DNA of 64,000 nucleotides from a virus: positions 42,633 through 106,632 of the IMG/VR virus record IMGVR_UViG_3300029338_000356. One strand, written 5' to 3'. Below are positions 59,569-64,000 of this stretch, piece by piece (positions within the stretch are counted from its first letter, which is position 1; the number at the start of each line of letters is the position of its first letter). The notes beneath the pieces were generated by a model. It did no database searches. It was given only the letters and a program-made list of their open reading frames with translations, and had not been told where the DNA came from. The translations under genes were made by a program, and so were the position numbers.

Positions 59569-59592
59569 TCACTTATCCAAGGAGACCACACC

Positions 59593-60177
59593 ATGAGCTG
59601 GGACAAATACCAAAGTCGAGACCCCAGAAGAATCGACCCAATGAAAACACCACTCTACGATTACGTGGTCTTGGATACCGAAACCACCGGCTTCAAACCC
59701 GAAAACGGGGCTAAACTCATCGAAATCGGAGCCGTGAAAATCCATGACGGAAAACTCGTAGACCGATACGAGCAACTGATTGACCCACACCAGCCAATCC
59801 CCGAATACATCACCTCGCTCACCGGAATCAACGACAGCATGGTCATCGGACAACCCGACGTAAGCCAAGCCATCATCCGATTCGACAAGTGGCTTGGCCC
59901 GCGAACCATCATCATGGCGCATAACGCGTCATTCGATTTAAGTTTCTTGGACGCGGCCATGAAAACCGTGAACGGTGGAATGTTCTTCTTTCCACACCGG
60001 TTCGTGGACACGTTGGAAATGAGCCGGAAAATCCATCCCGAAAAGCCAAGCCATAAGGTTGCCGTGCTTATCCGCGACTATGGTATCGGTGACGTGGAAG
60101 AGCATCGCGCCTTGTCCGACGCGACTCAGGAAAACATGCTGTATGAAGCCATGCGCAGAGAGGAATTTGGCCGCTAA
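59593..60177 (+). CDS. DnaQ-like 3'-5' exonuclease (DEDDh, Pol III epsilon-like)
   Basis: Exo I VVLDTETTG, Exo II MAHNASFDLSFL, Exo III HRALSDA. Confidence 0.85.
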   Translation: MSWDKYQSRDPRRIDPMKTPLYDYVVLDTETTGFKPENGAKLIEIGAVKIHDGKLVDRYEQLIDPHQPIPEYITSLTGINDSMVIGQPDVSQAIIRFDKWLGPRTIIMAHNASFDLSFLDAAMKTVNGGMFFFPHRFVDTLEMSRKIHPEKPSHKVAVLIRDYGIGDVEEHRALSDATQENMLYEAMRREEFGR

Positions 60178-60435
60178 ATGGGATACGAGGACATGTTCAG
60201 TCCCGAATGCAGGGACTATCTGAAATCACGCAAGCCGTCGCAACGGGAGCGGGAGATAGCGAAGCTTGAGAAACAGGCCGACAAGAAGCATGACATGTAT
60301 GGCAACAAAACCCTCTACGAAGTCTCAGGAGAGGTTGCGACCATCTACGAAAGCCAGAAGGCGTTGCGCTTGAGGTTGGAAAGCATCGAGGAAAAACTGG
60401 ACGAACTCTTAAGGACTCAGAAAGGACTGGGGTGA
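60178..60435 (+). CDS. small coiled-coil protein
   Basis: 85 aa; start ATG shares the A of the upstream TAA stop (TAAATG at 60175-60180), so no gap between genes. Confidence 0.4.
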   Translation: MGYEDMFSPECRDYLKSRKPSQREREIAKLEKQADKKHDMYGNKTLYEVSGEVATIYESQKALRLRLESIEEKLDELLRTQKGLG

Positions 60436-61001
60436 GAAACCTTCTTACATGCCCATGCTGTAACAGCATTCCCGAATTTAAGTATCGGGCTAAATCTGAA
60501 CTCCACTGCACTTGGGACGACGAGCAATATTTTCTGCCGAAAGGTTGGGGATACTCCCACTTTTGTCCAGTGGATAATGGTTTGCAAACATCTGGCGGAG
60601 TCGGCTTCCAAACCTTGCACGACGCACAGCGCGACTGGAACTGTAAGGTTGGAAGTTTTCTCCGTAACCCGCTGAACAGTTTCCACTCGTCCATCGAGAC
60701 CGGTGCGGAACTGCTGACCGAATTAGATGATTGTTTCGTTGGGCAGCGAATTCAGCTTGGCGACCGGATATTATTGAGTCGGCGTTCTCTAACCGTTCGA
60801 GGTATCGTGCAGTTCATCCAACGGGACAGTGTTGGCGAAATCAGCGTCATCCTGCGGGATACGGACACCATCAAGTATGTGATTTATTCGCCGGTCTGGG
60901 AGCGTCGGAAGTACATGTTCTCGTATTATATCGAAAGGCGAATGCATTGGATAAAAAAGCCGAAAGGCTCCTCTGCGACGCATACCATCGTGGACGCTTA
61001 G
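60432..61001 (+). CDS. hypothetical protein with N-terminal Cys-rich (zinc-finger-like) segment
   Basis: CPCCNS...HCTWDD...HFCP. Confidence 0.4.
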   Translation: MRNLLTCPCCNSIPEFKYRAKSELHCTWDDEQYFLPKGWGYSHFCPVDNGLQTSGGVGFQTLHDAQRDWNCKVGSFLRNPLNSFHSSIETGAELLTELDDCFVGQRIQLGDRILLSRRSLTVRGIVQFIQRDSVGEISVILRDTDTIKYVIYSPVWERRKYMFSYYIERRMHWIKKPKGSSATHTIVDA

Positions 61002-61178
61002 CGGAGGTTAACGAACATAATCAGGACGCGGCTATGTCCCTTATCGATAACGGGTATGCCGACTATTGGCGTACTCTGTTGGGACACGAGGCCATCAGGC
61101 TGACCGACCACGGGCTTGGTGCCGCACGGAAACTGGAGTCGGATTACTGATTTTCCAGCGTTTTAAAGACTGGATTGT

Positions 61179-61201
61179 TATACTGGAACAGTGGGCACAA
61201 T
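61179..61201 (+). promoter_or_regulatory. conserved promoter motif copy 14 (degenerate; downstream half replaced by hairpin)
   Basis: TGTTATACTGGAACAGTGGGCACAA. Confidence 0.4.
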
Positions 61202-61222
61202 ACTGTGCCCACTGTTTTCTTA
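61189..61222 (+). terminator. perfect hairpin + T-run located between promoter motif 14 and ATG 61241 (terminator for upstream unit or 5' leader attenuator)
   Basis: CAGTGGGCACAATACTGTGCCCACTG + TTTTCTTATT. Confidence 0.45.
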
Positions 61223-61240
61223 TTCTCAGGAGGAACCGGG

Positions 61241-61501
61241 ATGACCCAGCATAGCGACAAAAGCCACAAGAATAAGAAGGTCGTGGTCATTGAGAAGGTG
61301 CGGGACAAGTATGGTTCCGTCATCGCTTTGAAGGTTGTATTGTATCGTCGGCATGATAGTGAGAATGGGAAGGTTTGGGACATGAAGCGTTCTCACACGT
61401 TCAGTGCGGCTTTCAGTCGTCGTGCTTGTAGGGAACAGGCGAAGACGTTGGCTCGTCAGTGGGCTGATAAGTATGGTGCGAAGGTTGTGAAGAGGGGGTA
61501 G
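61241..61501 (+). CDS. small basic protein
   Basis: 86 aa, K/R-rich, RBS CAGGAGGAA. Confidence 0.4.
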   Translation: MTQHSDKSHKNKKVVVIEKVRDKYGSVIALKVVLYRRHDSENGKVWDMKRSHTFSAAFSRRACREQAKTLARQWADKYGAKVVKRG

Positions 61502-61524
61502 TTGTCCTCTTTGACGGTTTATGT

Positions 61525-61547
61525 TATACTGGGGGCGTTCACATAAA
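61525..61547 (+). promoter_or_regulatory. conserved promoter motif copy 15
   Basis: TGTTATACTGGGGGCGTTCACATAAA. Confidence 0.5.
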
Positions 61548-61571
61548 GCCCAGTCGAAAAAGGAGAACACC

Positions 61572-61871
61572 ATGCAGAACATCAACCTCTACAAACTGAT
61601 GTCAAAACTGTACGCCCGTCCCGAAGTCGAGGACGCTGACATCGTGAGCTGCATGTACGAGGACGATACCCTTAAAACGGTCATGCGCAACGGCTTGGTC
61701 GTCGCCATCGGCGTGCAGGACGAATATCCAGCGGTCGCACTGTACACCATATACGCCAACGACGAGGACTACCGAAACAATGAGCCTCTGACCGAAGGCT
61801 TGCACTACGACTTCGAAGACGACCACGACTACAAGGACGGCGTGGAAGCCATCATCAAGGAGGCGTGCTGA
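61572..61871 (+). CDS. small highly acidic protein
   Basis: 99 aa, D/E/Y-rich (DEDYRNNEPLTEGLHYDFEDDHDYKDG); candidate DNA-mimic. Confidence 0.45.
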   Translation: MQNINLYKLMSKLYARPEVEDADIVSCMYEDDTLKTVMRNGLVVAIGVQDEYPAVALYTIYANDEDYRNNEPLTEGLHYDFEDDHDYKDGVEAIIKEAC

Positions 61872-61874
61872 CCC

Positions 61875-62258
61875 ATGGACACCATCATCTTCGTCAAAGA
61901 CCGCAACTGGCCCGGCACGGACAGCCGCATCTATGAGATTTCCACGGCTGATTTGGGCGCAATCTGCGTGGCCGATTGGTCGTCGCTGACGGACGGACAG
62001 TTCTCAGGCGACGTGCTCCCCGACGAGGGGCTGCGCGAACGGTATTTCACATTGTACGAACGCGAGGACGACGACCAAGCCGACTGGGACGCGTTCATCG
62101 ACGACCTCTGGCAGACCGCCGATGACATGGGCTTGGAGGGGCTGGCTGACTGGTTTGTCGAACTGAACGACCCCACCACCATCAATGCCCGCTACTGGGT
62201 GCTCGACGGCATCGAATACTTGGACGCCGCGCACACCATGCCAAGGGACGAAATGTGA
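61875..62258 (+). CDS. small acidic protein, family 2
   Basis: shares ...DW.AF...L......L.GLADWFVELNDPTTI with 48719 and 50057 genes. Confidence 0.5.
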   Translation: MDTIIFVKDRNWPGTDSRIYEISTADLGAICVADWSSLTDGQFSGDVLPDEGLRERYFTLYEREDDDQADWDAFIDDLWQTADDMGLEGLADWFVELNDPTTINARYWVLDGIEYLDAAHTMPRDEM

Positions 62259-62332
62259 CCTGTCTTATCACGGAAACCCCAAAGCCAAGCAGAAACAACC
62301 TCAACCTTCCCCTATGAAAAAGGAGTGGAGAA

Positions 62333-62743
62333 ATGACCGGTTTCATCGCCGTCGATATGCTGTCCGAAATCAGCAAGGCCCTCGAATATGAAAACGATTG
62401 GACTCAACTGAAGGACGGCGTGCTGGAATGCCGACTGCGAGACCAGTATGACGGTGAGCACACCGGACTCGCCCGCGTCACCGTAGACAAGGCGGGCAAG
62501 GTGTCCGTTATGGCATGGTCGGACAATCCGTACGAATACGCAACCATGCCCGACCCCGACTGGACACATGAATACGATTCAGCCGACCCGGAAGCCATCG
62601 CAGACGACATTTGGAACCGTTGCCCATACTGCGGGCGGGAATCCGACAAGTGCATGTGCGAACGTTGCGCGGGCTGCGGCGTCCTTCTGGACTGGAACAA
62701 CAGGGCGGAAGGCGACTACGGCTACTGCGAATACTGCCATTAG
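62333..62743 (+). CDS. hypothetical protein with C-terminal zinc-ribbon
   Basis: CPYCGRESDKCMCERCAGCG...YCEYCH. Confidence 0.45.
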   Translation: MTGFIAVDMLSEISKALEYENDWTQLKDGVLECRLRDQYDGEHTGLARVTVDKAGKVSVMAWSDNPYEYATMPDPDWTHEYDSADPEAIADDIWNRCPYCGRESDKCMCERCAGCGVLLDWNNRAEGDYGYCEYCH

Positions 62744-62761
62744 AAAAAAGGAGAAACAAAA

Positions 62762-63382
62762 ATGCTGAAAATCGAGAAGACACTGAAGGAACTGCGTGAC
62801 CTTCAAAACACCTTGCGTGAACTCGGAATCGAAATGTCCATCAAGGATGCGGATGCCGAAACGAAAAGCGATTATGAGGATGCAGCGATGACCATTGACG
62901 TATATGAGCCGTGTCGTTGTTTCGCGTGGATTGGTATGGACGGCGTGATTCACATGAGGTGGAATTCGTATCCCGATGCCTTCGCGTGGTTTCGGATGAA
63001 CCTGCTTTTGGACCTCGCTCGCGGCTACATGCTGAAAGCGGACAACATCACTAAATCGTGGACGCACCTTCGCAGGAATCTCGACGGACAAGCCGACGAA
63101 ATGCCCCTCCCCGACAAACTGGCCGGAAGGAAAGCGGAATACGAGGATACGGCAAACCGACTGCGCGACCTCATCAAAGCCGACCCGATTGCAATGGATT
63201 TATCCCCTTACGAATGCGAACGCCTTGAAAGGTTCCTCCGCGACCCGCAGAAGGAACGTCTTCTGGAGTACGACCCGGACGACCCGTTTTACAGGAACAT
63301 GTTCAACAGAGGCTTGATTGACCGCGACGGACTGACCGAACTGGGGCGAAAGGCCATGGAACATTACATTGCATCGGCCTGA
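62762..63382 (+). CDS. hypothetical protein
   Basis: 206 aa, RBS AAAGGAGAAACAAAAA. Confidence 0.45.
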   Translation: MLKIEKTLKELRDLQNTLRELGIEMSIKDADAETKSDYEDAAMTIDVYEPCRCFAWIGMDGVIHMRWNSYPDAFAWFRMNLLLDLARGYMLKADNITKSWTHLRRNLDGQADEMPLPDKLAGRKAEYEDTANRLRDLIKADPIAMDLSPYECERLERFLRDPQKERLLEYDPDDPFYRNMFNRGLIDRDGLTELGRKAMEHYIASA

Positions 63383-63523
63383 CCGTCACGTCCATGGTCG
63401 GACAATCCGTATGAATACGCAGCCTCCCGTTCGCTGAGAACCTGTTCTCGTTCGCGCGGAGCGCGGGACGCATTCAATGGACGAAAAATACATCAACCAA
63501 ACAACAAGGAAAGGAAGCATACC

Positions 63524-64000
63524 ATGCTGTTCAAGCTTGAAATAGGAGACTACTCCGAAGACGGTTACGGAGTCCATGAGCCGGTAATCTACGAGACGAA
63601 CTATGATGTCGCCGCCATCGCGGAAGGATACAAGAAGAGTTGCAAGAAGTACGGCATCCAGTTCAACCGTGGCGACAACGATTTCACGGGACTGGGGCTG
63701 AAATGCTGGGATAAACGCGCCCTCTGGTCGAACCCTGACATGGGCGCGAACTGGCTCGACGAAAAGATGTACGACCTGCTGACGCATACCGGCGTCGTGC
63801 CCGAGGAAGACATGATGCCATCCTTGTTGTCCGAAGGCAAATACCTCGCCAATTACGATAGCGAGTCCGACGAGTATGCCAACGCCATCATGAGGTTCAT
63901 CGCCCTCTCCATGCCCGATGACTTCACTTACAGAATTCAGGAGACTGAGAACATTCCGTGCCTGAATGACACGTTGGGAGTCAACCTCGGCTACGGGCTG
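63524..64000 (+). CDS. hypothetical protein (3' partial, runs off window)
   Basis: ATG 63524 preceded by GGAAAGGAAG; open to window end. Confidence 0.35.
   Translation, partial: MLFKLEIGDYSEDGYGVHEPVIYETNYDVAAIAEGYKKSCKKYGIQFNRGDNDFTGLGLKCWDKRALWSNPDMGANWLDEKMYDLLTHTGVVPEEDMMPSLLSEGKYLANYDSESDEYANAIMRFIALSMPDDFTYRIQETENIPCLNDTLGVNLGYGL

Noticed and set aside
47261-61547. Regularly recurring ~23-bp repeat considered as a possible CRISPR array or MITE family
   Set aside because: Spacing is irregular (0.4-1.9 kb), every copy is on the same strand at a fixed distance upstream of an RBS and start codon, and it contains a TGnTATACT -10. It behaves as a promoter/operator, not CRISPR repeats; no cas genes are present.

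Overview
This is a high-GC, Gram-positive accessory region, probably a large plasmid or ICE. Codon usage and gene content look Actinobacteria/Bifidobacterium-like.

Left ~26 kb (mostly minus strand): hypothetical genes; a TM-anchored DUF1524/HNH-like nuclease; an IS200/IS605-family TnpB insertion; a theta-type origin (AT-rich DNA plus three 21-bp iterons) with its Rep; a ParA / small RHH-like partition pair; and a type-IV-secretion-like conjugation cluster. The cluster comprises a VirB2/TrbC-like small membrane protein, a 1334-aa polytopic membrane protein, a TM-anchored T4SS ATPase and a CpaE/ParA-like ATPase. A second Rep paralogue, an AAA+ ATPase and an ~0.9-kb strand-asymmetric GT/CT-rich non-coding block also lie here.

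Centre (27-47 kb, plus strand): a ParB-like nuclease-domain protein, a DnaB helicase, a flotillin, and a sortase-dependent pilus locus. The pilus locus has a major pilin, a class C sortase and a 1794-aa RCC1/CnaB tip adhesin, and both substrates carry MPxTG sorting signals. It is followed in the same operon by a complete diversity-generating retroelement (DGR): a secreted target protein with a C-terminal VR, a GC hairpin just downstream, an Avd, a TR with adenine-specific mismatches, and a reverse transcriptase. A 5'-truncated second TnpB with a retained omega-RNA-like right end follows.

Right ~17 kb: a unidirectional array of ~35 small genes. At least 15 are each preceded by a near-identical ~23-bp extended -10 promoter motif (TGnTATACTGGAATTGTTCACACAAA), and five intrinsic terminator-like hairpins lie at unit boundaries. 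The array contains several paralogue families, a DnaQ-like exonuclease, a GNAT and small Xis/RHH-like DNA binders. It resembles a plasmid leading / anti-defence region.
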